This document shows positions 20,390 to 30,953 of a stretch of DNA of 64,000 nt, in pieces (position 1 is the stretch's first letter; every line of letters starts with the position of its first letter). The stretch is from an uncultured Rhizobium sp. (GTDB lineage Bacteria > Pseudomonadota > Alphaproteobacteria > Rhizobiales > Rhizobiaceae): assembly GCA_945952415.1 (NCBI GenBank), contig CAMFIF010000020.1, forward strand, positions 3,695-67,694. Direction: 5' to 3'. Both the position numbers and the translations under genes were made by a program. The notes under the pieces are model-generated. The model was not told the DNA's origin, did no database searches, and saw nothing but the letters and a program-made list of their open reading frames with translations.

Positions 20390-22705
20390 ATGTCATCGAT
20401 GTTTCACTCCTTGTCCTCCAAGGTGATAGCCATCTTCATTGCGCTGACGATCCTCTCCGTCGGCGCGCTCAATTACATGGCCTATGTGAGCAGCAACAGC
20501 ATATTCGAGCGTCAAACGCTGAATTCGATGAACAGCATCCTGACATTCCGGGGGGATATGGTCACGTCGGCGCTGGCGCAGATGGAAAGCCAGGCGGTTT
20601 CGGTGGCCAAGATCGAAGCCATGCAGAGCGCGATCGTTTCGCTGCGCAGCGGCTGGAAAACGCTGGAGAGCGGCGGCAAGAAGGCTTCGGATACGCTGAT
20701 CCAGACCTTCGTGACCAACAACCCCTTCCCCGCCGGCGAGCGCGAGAAGCTGGTGAAGCCGGAAGGGGCGAGCGTCTATTATTACACCGCCCATGAAAAG
20801 ACCCAGAACGATGTGGCCGCGATCCTCAAGGGCACCGATTTCCTGGACCTGATGATTGCCGACACCGCCGGCAACGTGATCTACAGCTACAAGAAGGGCG
20901 CCTCCTTCGCGCAGGACCTGAAAAGCAGCGGCTGGGCCGATACACCGCTCGGCAAGACCTTTGCCGCCGCCCTGACAAATGGCGAGGCCGCCACCGATGA
21001 CGGCGTGAAAACCGCCTTTTCCGGTATCGCCGTCAATCCGGCAGATGGCCACTCTGCCATCTATTTCGGCGTTCCGATCGTCAAGCTCGGCTCCATCAAG
21101 GGCATTCTAATCCTGGAAGTCCGTGAAGCCGCCATCGTTCAGACCCTCACCAAGGGTCTTCACAGCGGCAGTTCAGAAGCCGCACTCATCGTCAACAGCG
21201 CCGGCCAGGCCATCGCCGCCAGGGACGGTGTGCTGACGCTCATCGATGCCGCGCCTTATGAAAAGGCCGTTGCCGCAGCCACCGCCGCCGGCCCGGACAC
21301 CATTTCGGAAGCGCCGCTCTATATCAATGAAAACGATGCCAAGGGCTATTTCCGCCCGATTTCCCATGAGGGCGAGCCCTTCATTATCGGTGAAACGGTG
21401 GATCTGCACGAGTTCCAGGCAGGTTCGCTCGAAATTGCCCGCAATCTTCTGCTGATGGGCGCCGGCGTGCTCGTGCTCCTCTGCGTCACCACGGCCTTCT
21501 TTGCAAATCGGCTCTTTGCCCCCCTTGCCCGCCTCTCCGGCATCACCCATGCGGTTTCGGAAGGCAAGCTGGACACCGAAATCGGCTATGGCGAGCGCAA
21601 GGACGAGATCGGCACGCTCGCCCGCGCGCTCGCCCGCTTCCGCCAGTCGTTGATCGACCAGCGGGCGCTGGAGGCCGAGACGGAGGCCAACCGCAACCTC
21701 ACCGAAAGGGAACGCCAGCAGCGCATGGCCGAAAAGGATGCCGAAGCCCGCACGCTCCAGCGCGTGGTCGAAAGCCTCGATACCGGTCTCAGCCAGCTTG
21801 CAAGCGGTAATCTTGCCTATGCGATCAACGAGACCTTCCCACCGGAGCTGGACAGCCTGCGCCAGAACTTCAACCGCGCGATTTCCACCCTGAACGGCAC
21901 GCTTGCGGCCATCGGCGGCAATTCCAATGCGGTGCGCGAAAGCTCCCACCACATGAGCAGCGGGGCAGACCAGCTCGCCGCCCGGACCGAGCGTCAGGCC
22001 GCCTCCATCACCCAGACGGCAAGCGCCATCAATGCCATCACGGAATCCGTCCGCACCCAGATCACCCGCAGCGAGCAGGCCGAGCTGATTGCCCGCGATG
22101 CCAAGGCCGGCGCCCAGGAATCCGGCCGGATCATGCAGGAAACAATCTCCGCCATGGAGGCCATCCAGGGTTCCTCCCGCCAGATCAACCAGATCATCAA
22201 CGTCATCGACGAGATCGCCTTCCAGACCAACCTCCTCGCCCTCAATGCGGGCGTCGAGGCCGCCCGTGCCGGCGAGAGCGGCAAGGGCTTTGCCGTGGTC
22301 GCCCAGGAAGTACGCGAGCTTGCCCAGCGCTCCTCCAAGGCCGCGAAGGAGATTTCCGGCCTGCTGCAGAAATCCACCGGCGAGGTGGAAAACGGCGTGT
22401 CGCTGGTGGAAAAGGCCGGCAATGCGCTGCGCGGCATCGGCGACTATGTGGAAGCCATCAACACGCGCCTCCACGAGATCATCGAATCCACCCGCGATGA
22501 GGCGGAAACGCTGAAATCCATCAATATTGCCGTGTCCGAGCTGGATCAGATGACCCAGCAGAATGCCAATATGGTGCAGGAGTCCACCGCCGCCATCCAT
22601 CAGCTGGCTGCGGAAGCCAGCAACATGGACGAGCAGCTCGGCCAGTTCGTGCTGAGCCGGGCGACGGGAGATCCCTATCGCGATCATTACCGACAGGCCG
22701 GATAG
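20390..22705 (+). CDS. methyl-accepting chemotaxis protein with large (~340 aa) periplasmic Cache-like sensor
   Basis: Two TM segments (IAIFIALTILSVGAL and LLLMGAGVLVLLCVTTAFF), a HAMP region, and the conserved signalling hairpin EIAFQTNLLALNAGVEAARAGESGKGFAVVAQEVRELA. I prefer the ATG at 20390. Confidence 0.9.
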   Translation: MSSMFHSLSSKVIAIFIALTILSVGALNYMAYVSSNSIFERQTLNSMNSILTFRGDMVTSALAQMESQAVSVAKIEAMQSAIVSLRSGWKTLESGGKKASDTLIQTFVTNNPFPAGEREKLVKPEGASVYYYTAHEKTQNDVAAILKGTDFLDLMIADTAGNVIYSYKKGASFAQDLKSSGWADTPLGKTFAAALTNGEAATDDGVKTAFSGIAVNPADGHSAIYFGVPIVKLGSIKGILILEVREAAIVQTLTKGLHSGSSEAALIVNSAGQAIAARDGVLTLIDAAPYEKAVAAATAAGPDTISEAPLYINENDAKGYFRPISHEGEPFIIGETVDLHEFQAGSLEIARNLLLMGAGVLVLLCVTTAFFANRLFAPLARLSGITHAVSEGKLDTEIGYGERKDEIGTLARALARFRQSLIDQRALEAETEANRNLTERERQQRMAEKDAEARTLQRVVESLDTGLSQLASGNLAYAINETFPPELDSLRQNFNRAISTLNGTLAAIGGNSNAVRESSHHMSSGADQLAARTERQAASITQTASAINAITESVRTQITRSEQAELIARDAKAGAQESGRIMQETISAMEAIQGSSRQINQIINVIDEIAFQTNLLALNAGVEAARAGESGKGFAVVAQEVRELAQRSSKAAKEISGLLQKSTGEVENGVSLVEKAGNALRGIGDYVEAINTRLHEIIESTRDEAETLKSINIAVSELDQMTQQNANMVQESTAAIHQLAAEASNMDEQLGQFVLSRATGDPYRDHYRQAG

Positions 22706-22726
22706 GCGAGACCAGACCGAGAGACG

Positions 22727-22759
22727 AAAAAGGGGCCCTTCGAGGGCCCCTTCCCGTTT
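22727..22759. terminator. bidirectional terminator between the convergent MCP and pgk genes
   Basis: Stem AAGGGGCCC / GGGCCCCTT, flanked by an A-run on the left and a T-rich tract on the right. Confidence 0.65.
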
Positions 22760-22776
22760 GATCAGATGCCGTTGAT

Positions 22777-23979
22777 CTATTTCGCGGCGTAAAGCACGGC
22801 CACGCCCGGCAGCTCCTTTCCTTCCATCCATTCGAGGAAGGCACCGCCGGCGGTGGAGACATAGGTGAAATCATCGGCCACGCCTGCATGATTGAGGGCC
22901 GAAACCGTATCGCCGCCACCCGCAACGGAGGTGAGCTTGCCAGCCTTGGTCTCCTCGGCCGCATGACGGGCTGCTGAAACCGTCGCCTTGTCGAAGGGCT
23001 CGATTTCGAAAGCGCCGAGCGGGCCGTTCCACACCAGCGTATTGGCCTTGGAAATCCATTCGTTGACCGCGGCCACCGATTTCGGACCGACGTCCAGCAC
23101 CATGGCATCGGCGGGAATGGCGTTGATGTCCACGACCTCATTGGCGGCGCCCGCCTTGAATTCGCGGGCCACGACCCCATCCACCGGCAGCACGATGGCG
23201 CAATTGGCCGAGGCGGCCTCGATCATGATCTGCTTGGCCGTGGCTGCAAGATCGTGCTCGCAGAGCGACTTGCCCACATCCGTTCCCCGCGCAGCGAGGA
23301 AGGTGTTGGCCATGCCGCCGCCGATGACCAGCGCGTCGACCTTTTTCACGAGGTTGGAGAGGAGATCGATCTTGGTGGAAACCTTGGCACCGCCGACGAT
23401 GGCGACCACGGGGCGGACCGGATTGCCCAGACCCTTTTCCAGCGCCTCGAGCTCCGCCTGCATGGTGCGGCCGGCATAGGCGGGGAGGTGATGGGCGAGG
23501 CCCTCCGTGGAGGCATGCGCACGGTGCGCCGCGGAGAAGGCATCGTTGACGAAAAGATCGCCATTGGCGGCAAGCGCGCGGACGAAGTCCGGCTCGTTCT
23601 TCTCTTCAGCCTTGTGGAAACGGGTGTTTTCGAGCAGCAGCACGTCGCCGGGCTTCATCGCTGCAATCGCATCTGCGGCCGGCTGGCCGATGCAGTCACT
23701 GGCGAAGGCCACCGGGCGGCCGAGCACCTTCTCGACCGCCGGGACGATCTGGCCGAGCGAGAACGCGGCCTCCGGTCCGCCCTTGGGGCGGCCGAAATGG
23801 GCGAGCAGGATTACCTTCGCGCCCTTTCCGGACAGTTCGAGGATGGTCGGAGACACGCGCTCGATGCGCGTCGCGTCCGAGACCTGTCCATCGGACATCG
23901 GAACATTGAGATCGACGCGCACGAGAACGCGCTTGCCGGAGACATCGGTCATGTCGTCGAGAGTCTTGAAAGCTGCCAT
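22777..23979 (-). CDS. pgk: phosphoglycerate kinase
   Basis: [27 protein letters not shown]...LLENTRFH...[12 protein letters not shown] at 23979 gives 400 aa. Confidence 0.94.
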   Translation of the reverse strand: MAAFKTLDDMTDVSGKRVLVRVDLNVPMSDGQVSDATRIERVSPTILELSGKGAKVILLAHFGRPKGGPEAAFSLGQIVPAVEKVLGRPVAFASDCIGQPAADAIAAMKPGDVLLLENTRFHKAEEKNEPDFVRALAANGDLFVNDAFSAAHRAHASTEGLAHHLPAYAGRTMQAELEALEKGLGNPVRPVVAIVGGAKVSTKIDLLSNLVKKVDALVIGGGMANTFLAARGTDVGKSLCEHDLAATAKQIMIEAASANCAIVLPVDGVVAREFKAGAANEVVDINAIPADAMVLDVGPKSVAAVNEWISKANTLVWNGPLGAFEIEPFDKATVSAARHAAEETKAGKLTSVAGGGDTVSALNHAGVADDFTYVSTAGGAFLEWMEGKELPGVAVLYAAK

Positions 23980-24112
23980 GAAAGCACCCGCTCGTCTGGA
24001 ATTGGGAACGGGCGGGACCATACACCGGAAGCAGCACCGCGCAAGCCTGATCGGCGGCTTTTTCAGCCGGAAGGAGGTTCCCTCCCCCCGGCTTTGGTCT
24101 CATGGGCTGATC

Positions 24113-25057
24113 CTAGGTGGCGGGCTTCAGACCGAAGAGCTGCAACACCGCGCTGTGCCGGGCATTGGCGATCGCCAGTCCGTCGATGGCAAGCTTCTCG
24201 CGCACTTCCAGCGCTTTCGAACGCGCCTGTTCCTCCAGCACATTGGCATCGACCATCCGTCCGATGGCGGCGGTGTGCACATCGGCCAGGGTGCGCAGAA
24301 AGGTCTGCTGCGATTCCATGCTGCTCTTCATGGCGCCGATCCTTGCAGCCACCGAAGTGACCTGGCTAATCATGCTGTTCGTGGCAGCAAGCGCCCCGTC
24401 ATAGGCAAAGCCGGTCGCCGGCGTCGTGGCATTGAAGTAAAGTCCGATGCGGTAGGCGTTGCCGCCATAATCGTCGAACAACTTGCGGAAGGTATTGCTG
24501 CCCAGATTGTAGGTTCGCGACAGGATCCCGTTGGTATTCACCTCATCGATCAGCGTCAGGCCTTCGGTATTGATCGTTTGCGTTATGGCGGCGCCATCCG
24601 CAGCCAGCCCGGTGACCGCATTCAGTTCATAAGCCTCCCCCTGCTTGTGAAAGAGAAGATTGACACCGTTGAAGCTGGCGCTCTTGGCCACCGAGACCAT
24701 CTGGGTCTTCAGCGCGTCCATCTCGTTCTGCATGGTGCGCCGGGCATCGCCCGTCTCGTTCTTGCCCGCAACCATCAGGTCGCGGAACCTTTCCAACAGC
24801 GGCAGCAAGCTTTGTATTGCCGTGCTCGCCACACCGAGGGCCCCGACTGACAAGGAGAGGCCATCGGCGACCTCTCGCGTCGTGCTGGCCTGCGCACGCA
24901 TCGTGCTGGCGACCGACCACATGGCAGGATTATCCGATGCCTCTCGTATTCTCAGCCCCGACGAGAGGCGGTTCGAAGTTTCGTTCCGTGCCCGATCGAC
25001 GCCAGAAAGGATACGCAGGGCATTCCATGCCCCGTTTGAAATACCGGCAACATACAT
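24113..25057 (-). CDS. divergent flagellin-family protein (orphan, between gap and pgk)
   Basis: The N-terminal flagellin_N pattern is RLSSGLRIREASDNPAMWSVASTMRAQ and KSASFNGVNLL. The C-terminal flagellin_C pattern is ESQQTFLRTLADVHTAAIGRMVDANVLEEQARSKALEVREKLAIDGLAIAN. 314 aa. Confidence 0.8.
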   Translation of the reverse strand: MYVAGISNGAWNALRILSGVDRARNETSNRLSSGLRIREASDNPAMWSVASTMRAQASTTREVADGLSLSVGALGVASTAIQSLLPLLERFRDLMVAGKNETGDARRTMQNEMDALKTQMVSVAKSASFNGVNLLFHKQGEAYELNAVTGLAADGAAITQTINTEGLTLIDEVNTNGILSRTYNLGSNTFRKLFDDYGGNAYRIGLYFNATTPATGFAYDGALAATNSMISQVTSVAARIGAMKSSMESQQTFLRTLADVHTAAIGRMVDANVLEEQARSKALEVREKLAIDGLAIANARHSAVLQLFGLKPAT

Positions 25058-25194
25058 ATCAATATTCCCTGTTTTTGTATTTTCTTGTGTGCTTATTATC
25101 TAATTCTATGAAGTTAATTTGTGTTTAGGGAGCGCGCCGCCCAAAAGAAGAGATCGGGAAAAAGACTTTGTCGGTAAACGGGCGTGAAAAAAAT

Positions 25195-25229
25195 TCATTA
25201 AAAATGGCGGGATCTTTCGACCCCGCCAT
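25195..25229 (-). terminator. rho-independent terminator after gap
   Basis: Stem ATGGCGGG / CCCGCCAT, followed on the minus strand by TTTTTAATGAATTTTTTT. Confidence 0.7.
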
Positions 25230-25260
25230 CCGGTGTTGGATACCTTGCAATTCGCTCGGA

Positions 25261-26262
25261 TCAGATGAGCTTGCTCATGGCAACCGCGGTGTCCGACATG
25301 CGGTTGGAGAAGCCCCACTCATTGTCGTACCAGGAGAGGATGCGCACAAGGTTGCCCTCGAGAACCTTGGTCTGGTCGGCAGCGAAGCTCGAGGAATGGC
25401 TGTCATGGTTGAAGTCGACCGAAACGAGCGGCGCTTCGACATAGCCGAGAATGCCCTTGAGCTCGCCTTCCGAGGCAGCCTTGATGGCGGCATTCACTTC
25501 TTCGGCGGTGACATTGCGCGAGGGCACGAACTTGAGGTCGACGACCGAGACGTTCGGGGTCGGCACGCGGATCGAGGAACCGTCGAGCTTGCCCTTCAGT
25601 TCCGGCAGCACGAGGCCGACGGCCTTGGCGGCGCCGGTCGAGGTCGGGATCATCGAGAGCGCTGCGGCACGGGCGCGGTAGAGGTCCTTGTGCATGGTGT
25701 CGAGGGTCGGCTGGTCACCCGTGTAGGAGTGAACCGTCGTCATGTAGCCCTTCTGGATACCGAATTCGCGGTGCAGCACATAGGCGACCGGCGCCAGGCA
25801 GTTGGTGGTGCAGGATGCGTTCGAGACGACGAGATCGTCCTTGGTCAGGGTGCCATGGTTGACGCCGAAGACGATGGTCTTGTCGGCATTGTCGCAAGGG
25901 GCGGACACGAGAACGCGCTTCGAACCGTTCGCGAGGTGTGCGGATGCCTTTTCCTTGGTGGTGAAGAGGCCGGTGCACTCAAGCGCGATATCGACGCCGG
26001 CCCAGGGCAGGTCCTTCGGATCGCGGATGGCGGTGACCTTGATCGGGCCGCGGCCGACATCGATCGTGTCGCCGGAAACGGTGACGGTGCCCGGGAACTT
26101 GCCATGCACCGAATCGTAACGGATGAGGTGGGCGTTGGTCTCGACCGGGCCGAGGTCGTTGATGGCAACGACTTCGATGTCGGTGCGGCCGGATTCGATG
26201 ATGGCGCGCAGCACGTTGCGGCCGATGCGGCCGAAGCCGTTGATGCCTACTTTAACAGTCAT
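25261..26262 (-). CDS. gap: glyceraldehyde-3-phosphate dehydrogenase (type I)
   Basis: [20 protein letters not shown]...active site [12 protein letters not shown]...[15 protein letters not shown] at 26262; the 408-aa track ORF is over-extended. Confidence 0.95.
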   Translation of the reverse strand: MTVKVGINGFGRIGRNVLRAIIESGRTDIEVVAINDLGPVETNAHLIRYDSVHGKFPGTVTVSGDTIDVGRGPIKVTAIRDPKDLPWAGVDIALECTGLFTTKEKASAHLANGSKRVLVSAPCDNADKTIVFGVNHGTLTKDDLVVSNASCTTNCLAPVAYVLHREFGIQKGYMTTVHSYTGDQPTLDTMHKDLYRARAAALSMIPTSTGAAKAVGLVLPELKGKLDGSSIRVPTPNVSVVDLKFVPSRNVTAEEVNAAIKAASEGELKGILGYVEAPLVSVDFNHDSHSSSFAADQTKVLEGNLVRILSWYDNEWGFSNRMSDTAVAMSKLI

Positions 26263-26345
26263 GTTCACACTCTCCCGCTTAAATCGAAGCTTCGTCTTGG
26301 GTCGATGGCAAAACGCGCGGGGCGTGTGGGGCCCCGCGCGTCTCG

Positions 26346-28322
26346 TTATGCAAGCTTGGCAATCGCGGCTTCCGCGACATGGTCCGGCGTGATGCCGAAG
26401 TGGCTGTAGAGCTCCTTGTAGGGGCCGGAGGCGCCGAAGGAGCTCATGCCGACGAACACGCCGTCCGAGCCGATGAAATAGTCCCAACCCTGCCGGATCG
26501 CGGCTTCCACCGCAATCTTGACCGGCGAGTTGCCGATCACGGCCTTGCGATAGGCCTCGTCCTGCTCGGCAAAGAGTTCGAAGCAGGGAACGGAGACCAC
26601 GCGGGCGGCAATGTTCTTAGCCGCGAGCAGGTCCTTGGCCTTGACGGCGATTTCCACTTCCGAGCCCGAGGCGAAGATCGTCACCGGCGCATCGTCGGCG
26701 CTCGCGACCTCATAGGCACCGAGGGCAGACAGGTTGCGCTCGGAATAGCTGGTGCGGACAGCCATCAGGTTCTGGCGGGTCAGCGCCAGGCCCGAGGGAC
26801 GATGCTGGTTTTCCAGCGCGAGCTGCCAGCATTCCGCGGTTTCCGTCGCATCGGCCGGGCGGAACATCAGGAGGTTCGGAATGGCGCGCAGCGCGGCCAT
26901 GTGCTCGACCGGCTGGTGGGTCGGGCCGTCTTCGCCAAGGCCGATGGAGTCATGCGTCAGCACGTGGATGACGCGGATGCCCATCAGCGCGGCAAGGCGG
27001 ATCGAGGGACGGCAGTAATCCGAGAAGATCAGGAAGCCGCCGGAATAGGGAATGAGACCGCCATGCAGCGCAATCCCGTTCATGGCAGCCGCCATGCCGT
27101 GCTCGCGGATGCCGTAATGCAGGTAACGGCCGGAGAAGTCGGTCGGCGTGATCGACTTGGTCTGGCTGGTCTTGGTGTTGTTGGAACCGGTGAGGTCGGC
27201 CGAGCCGCCGATGGTTTCCTGAAGAACGCCGTTGATCACCTCAAGCGCATCTTCCGATGCCTTGCGGGTGGCAACCGTCGGCTTGGTGTCGGCGAGCTTC
27301 TTCTTGTAGTCGGCGATCGCGCCGGCAAGCGTGCCCGGCAGCGTGCCGGCAAAGCGGCGCTCGAATTCGGCCTTCTTGGCAGAAGCGGCAAGGCGCTTTT
27401 CCCAGGCGGCGCGGTCGGCGGCACCCTTGGCGCCGGCTTCACGCCAGCCGGCCAGCACGTCTTCCGGAACCGTGAAGGCTTCCGCATCCCAGCCGAGCGC
27501 CACGCGCGTGGCAGCGATTTCTTCCGCACCGAGCGGCGAGCCATGCACCTTGTGGGTACCGGCCTTGTTGGGCGCACCGAAGCCGATCACGGTCTTGGCG
27601 GCAATCATCGTCGGCTTGTCGGATTTCTTGGCATTCTCGATGGCTTCGTAGATCGCATCCGGATCATGGCCGTCGATCGCAACCGTATTCCAGCCGGAAG
27701 CGCGGAAGCGCATGTGCTGGTCGGTCGAGTCCGCCATGGAGATCGGGCCGTCGATGGAGATGTTGTTGTCGTCCCAGAGCACGATGAGCTTGTTGAGCTT
27801 CAGGTGGCCGGCAAGCGAGATTGCTTCCTGGCTGATGCCTTCCATCAGGCAGCCGTCGCCCACCAGAACGAAGGTGTGGTGGTCCTGCAGGTCGGAACCG
27901 AACTCTTCGGCAAGCTTCTTCTCGGCAATTGCCATGCCCACGGCATTGGCAATGCCCTGCCCGAGCGGGCCGGTCGTGGTTTCGATGCCGGTCGCATGGC
28001 CATATTCCGGATGGCCGGCGGTCTTGGCGCCCATCTGGCGGAAATTCTTGATTTCCTCGATGGTCATGTCCTCATAGCCGGTCAGGTAGAGAACGGAATA
28101 GAGCAGCATGGAGCCATGGCCGGCGGACAGGACGAAACGGTCACGGTCCGGCCAGAGCGGGTTCTTCGGGTCGAACTTCATCGAGCGGGTGAAGAGGACG
28201 GTCGCGATATCGGCCGCTCCCATGGGGAGGCCCGGATGGCCGGAATTGGCCTTCTCGACGGCGTCCATGGACAGGAAGCGGATCGCATTCGCCATCCGGT
28301 TATGTTGTTCGCGAGAGATCAT
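26346..28322 (-). CDS. tkt: transketolase
   Basis: [34 protein letters not shown]...[13 protein letters not shown]...[19 protein letters not shown]. Confidence 0.95.
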   Translation of the reverse strand: MISREQHNRMANAIRFLSMDAVEKANSGHPGLPMGAADIATVLFTRSMKFDPKNPLWPDRDRFVLSAGHGSMLLYSVLYLTGYEDMTIEEIKNFRQMGAKTAGHPEYGHATGIETTTGPLGQGIANAVGMAIAEKKLAEEFGSDLQDHHTFVLVGDGCLMEGISQEAISLAGHLKLNKLIVLWDDNNISIDGPISMADSTDQHMRFRASGWNTVAIDGHDPDAIYEAIENAKKSDKPTMIAAKTVIGFGAPNKAGTHKVHGSPLGAEEIAATRVALGWDAEAFTVPEDVLAGWREAGAKGAADRAAWEKRLAASAKKAEFERRFAGTLPGTLAGAIADYKKKLADTKPTVATRKASEDALEVINGVLQETIGGSADLTGSNNTKTSQTKSITPTDFSGRYLHYGIREHGMAAAMNGIALHGGLIPYSGGFLIFSDYCRPSIRLAALMGIRVIHVLTHDSIGLGEDGPTHQPVEHMAALRAIPNLLMFRPADATETAECWQLALENQHRPSGLALTRQNLMAVRTSYSERNLSALGAYEVASADDAPVTIFASGSEVEIAVKAKDLLAAKNIAARVVSVPCFELFAEQDEAYRKAVIGNSPVKIAVEAAIRQGWDYFIGSDGVFVGMSSFGASGPYKELYSHFGITPDHVAEAAIAKLA

Positions 28323-28384
28323 GACTGTTCCAAGAGGTTCCGGGTCAAAGGGAACGGCTTTTCCCGCCGGGAATGACCGTCAAA

Positions 28385-28415
28385 AGGCGGCTGATCCATA
28401 GCAGGTCAGCCGCCT
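28385..28415. promoter_or_regulatory. 10-bp perfect inverted repeat in the tkt upstream region, overlapping a TTGACA -35-like hexamer
   Basis: AGGCGGCTGA (28385-28394), 11-nt gap, TCAGCCGCCT (28406-28415). The minus strand reads TTGACAGAGGCGGCTGACCTGCTATGGATCAGCCGCCTTTTG, about 60 nt upstream of the tkt ATG. Confidence 0.4.
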
Positions 28416-28673
28416 CTGTCAACAAATCTGGCGGTTTTTCACCCCTTTTGATACCCCGATCCCCGCCGCTGATGGATTGGCCGAGCGGTGCCGGCGGGAC
28501 CCGCCATGCGTGAATTTCTGTGATCAACCCCTCCCGCAGCCATCGCGCGTGGCCGGCTTGGTTGACGCATGCCAAGAGGCAAGAATATCGTAATAAAAGG
28601 ACCGGCGGAGGCCGGATGGGTCGATTCGGCGGAGCCGTCCGCGAACCTCATCGATAAGGACGGAAGGGATTGG

Positions 28674-28946
28674 ATGTCGGCAGGCAAATCGGTTGAAGCA
28701 GCGATCACCAGCCTTCGGGCTGCCCTCGGCAGCCTGGAAAGCGCCGTCGATGCCCGCTTCGACCGCGAACGCGACAATAGCGAGATCGAGGGCGAAGTGC
28801 GCCGCGTGCATGCGGACCGCTCGCGGCTCGCCCAGGAACTCGACCAGTCCGAATTTCGGGCAAACCGTCTCGAGGAGGTCAACCGCGAGGTTTCGCGGCG
28901 CCTGGTGACGGCCATGGAAACCATTCGTGCCGTGCTGGATCGCTGA
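28674..28946 (+). CDS. DUF4164 coiled-coil protein (ZauP-like, encoded upstream of zapA)
   Basis: ATG at 28674 is preceded by GGAAGGGA. The 90-aa coiled coil reads SLRAALGSLESAVDARF...RSRLAQELDQSEFRANRLEEVNREVSRRL. Conserved position 5' of zapA in alphaproteobacteria. Confidence 0.75.
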   Translation: MSAGKSVEAAITSLRAALGSLESAVDARFDRERDNSEIEGEVRRVHADRSRLAQELDQSEFRANRLEEVNREVSRRLVTAMETIRAVLDR

Positions 28947-28988
28947 TCCCCTCGTGGCGTCGAGAGTGCAAAGGAAAGTCCGAAAGAC

Positions 28989-29366
28989 ATGGCGCAGGTT
29001 ACCGTAACGATTGACGGCAAGGCCTATCGCATGGCCTGCGAAGAGGGCCAGGAAGGCCACCTCACCGAACTCGCCGCCAAATTCGACCGCTATGTCTCCC
29101 ATCTGAAATCGCAGTTCGGCGAAATCGGCGATCTCCGCATCACCGTCATGGCCGGCATCATGGTGATGGACGAACTGTCGGAGGTCTCCCGCCGGCTGAA
29201 AGCTGTCGAGGCCGACATGGACACGATCAGACGCAACCGCGATGCGGTCGCTGCCGGCGCACAGCGCACCGAAGAGGTGGCCGCCGCAGCCATCGAGGAG
29301 ATGAGCCATCGCATCCTCGAAATCGCTGCAAAAATCTCGAACCGGCCGCCCGCACAGCCCAACTGA
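28989..29366 (+). CDS. zapA: cell division protein ZapA
   Basis: MAQVTVTIDGKAYRMACEEGQEGHLTELAAKFDRYV...LRITVMAGIMVMDEL. Confidence 0.9.
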   Translation: MAQVTVTIDGKAYRMACEEGQEGHLTELAAKFDRYVSHLKSQFGEIGDLRITVMAGIMVMDELSEVSRRLKAVEADMDTIRRNRDAVAAGAQRTEEVAAAAIEEMSHRILEIAAKISNRPPAQPN

Positions 29367-29463
29367 CCGGGCCTTCTCGCCTCCCGTCGGCGCCCGCAGG
29401 AATTCGCGCAAAAGATCAGCCTTGCCACTGGCGGAAAGCAGCTTTTCGACCTATATTCTTTAT

Positions 29464-29620
29464 GCGGTCTGCGCTTCCCGACAGGAACAATCGAATCCTC
29501 GGGGCCATACCCGATCCTAAGGGAGCTGTCCCTGGCCAGGCTCGTGGGCTTGGACATACGGCGCCCACCTACTCTTGTAGGCGCCCAGGATCACCGTTTC
29601 CATCGGTTGTCGTGGATCGC
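29464..29620 (+). ncRNA. ssrS: 6S RNA (ssrS), about 157 nt
   Basis: Classical zapA-ssrS-ygfA synteny. A CTATAT -10 element (29451-29456) lies 7 nt upstream. A 10-bp closing stem pairs GCGGTCTGCG (29464-29473) with CGTGGATCGC (29611-29620) and continues as an imperfect long helix. There is no ORF, and an intrinsic terminator follows at 29634-29661. Confidence 0.7.
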
Positions 29621-29633
29621 ACTTATTCCAGAA

Positions 29634-29661
29634 GGCCCGCCTCGGCGGGCCTTTCGGTTTT
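29634..29661 (+). terminator. rho-independent terminator downstream of 6S RNA
   Basis: GGCCCGCC-TC-GGCGGGCC followed by TTTCGGTTTT. Confidence 0.7.
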
Positions 29662-30236
29662 CAGGCGACATCGGGCGCGATGATCTCGTCCATCGGAATA
29701 TCGTGTGGCAAGGGATGGATCGTGTCGAGCCGCTGCAAACCATAGCCGACGCCGATCACCAGCGGCCTGGGGTCAAGGGCAGCAAGGGTCCGGTCGAAGA
29801 AGCCGCCGCCATAGCCGAGCCGGAAACCGGCCGGGTCGAAACCCACCAGCGGCGCAATCACCACCTCGGGCACCCCCACCTCCTCCGTATCGGGTACCGG
29901 TATGTTCCAGATCCCCCGCGTCAGCGCGCCGCCGGGCGCCCAGGGCCGAAAGATCATCGGCTGACCCTTTTCCACAACCACGGGCAGATAGGCCGTGCCG
30001 CCCGCCTCGGTCAGCCGCGCCGCGAAGGGGCGCAGATCCGGCTCGCCGCGAAAGGGCCAGTAGAAGCTGACCCGCCGCCCGGCCATCGATGGCAGCCGTG
30101 CTTCGAGCCGGCGGATGATTTCCTCAGAAACCGCCGATCTTGCCTCCTGCGGGAGCGCCAGCCGACCATTGATCAGCCTTTCCCGTTCCGCCTTGCGCCA
30201 GGCCATGATGGCCGGCCGTTCCAGGAGTTCCTCCAT
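29661..30236 (-). CDS. 5-formyltetrahydrofolate cyclo-ligase family protein (second, divergent paralog)
   Basis: WRKAERERLINGRLALPQEARSAVSEEI...VVIAPLVGFDPAGFRLGYGGGFFDRTL...PHDIPMDEII. ATG at 30236 is preceded by GGTGAGGAAC. Confidence 0.8.
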   Translation of the reverse strand: MEELLERPAIMAWRKAERERLINGRLALPQEARSAVSEEIIRRLEARLPSMAGRRVSFYWPFRGEPDLRPFAARLTEAGGTAYLPVVVEKGQPMIFRPWAPGGALTRGIWNIPVPDTEEVGVPEVVIAPLVGFDPAGFRLGYGGGFFDRTLAALDPRPLVIGVGYGLQRLDTIHPLPHDIPMDEIIAPDVA

Positions 30237-30383
30237 GTTCCTCACCTGCCTGCTTGTCCTTCCGGGAGGGGAGATAGGGCAAGACAGCGCCGGGGACAGG
30301 GTTTGGCCCAAATCTTGCCGCCCATTTTCCAAAGCGCGCCGAGGGTTTAAGGAGGGTACAGACACAAGGGAGCAAAGAAAGTC

Positions 30384-30941
30384 ATGAGCAGATCCTGGAC
30401 CATCGAACGCCGCGAGGTCGTGTTATCAGACCGGTGGATCCATGTGGAAAGCCAGTCCGTCCGCACCGCCCGCGGAGATGTGCTGGACCCCTATTACGTG
30501 CTCACCTATCCGGATTGGGCCATGTGCGTGGCCCTCACCGAGGCGGATGAACTCATCATGGTGCGGCAATACCGCCACGGCACGGCGAATGTGGCGCTGG
30601 AACTGCCCGGCGGCTGCGTCGACCCCGAGGACGCCTCGCCCGAAGAGGCCGCAGCCCGCGAATTGCTGGAGGAGACCGGCTATGGCGGCGGAACGCTCGT
30701 CTATATCGGCGCGCTCGGCGCCAATTCCGCGCTCCAGACCAACCGCGTGCAGATTGCCGTGATGACCGGGGCAAGGCTCCTCGCCGAACCCCATCTGGAA
30801 CCTGGCGAGGAGCTGAGCGTGGAATGCGTGCCGCTCGCCCGGGCGCTTGAGCTGGCGGTTGATGGCGGCATGGAGCAATCCATGCATGTGGCGGCTCTCT
30901 TCATGGCGCTTGCGCGGCTTGGCCGGCTTGCCCTTTCCTGA
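30384..30941 (+). CDS. NUDIX hydrolase (ADP-ribose pyrophosphatase-like)
   Basis: NUDIX box LPGGCVDPEDASPEEAAARELLEETGY, preceded by IMVRQYRHG. Confidence 0.85.
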   Translation: MSRSWTIERREVVLSDRWIHVESQSVRTARGDVLDPYYVLTYPDWAMCVALTEADELIMVRQYRHGTANVALELPGGCVDPEDASPEEAAARELLEETGYGGGTLVYIGALGANSALQTNRVQIAVMTGARLLAEPHLEPGEELSVECVPLARALELAVDGGMEQSMHVAALFMALARLGRLALS

Positions 30942-30953
30942 TCGCCGCCGGCG

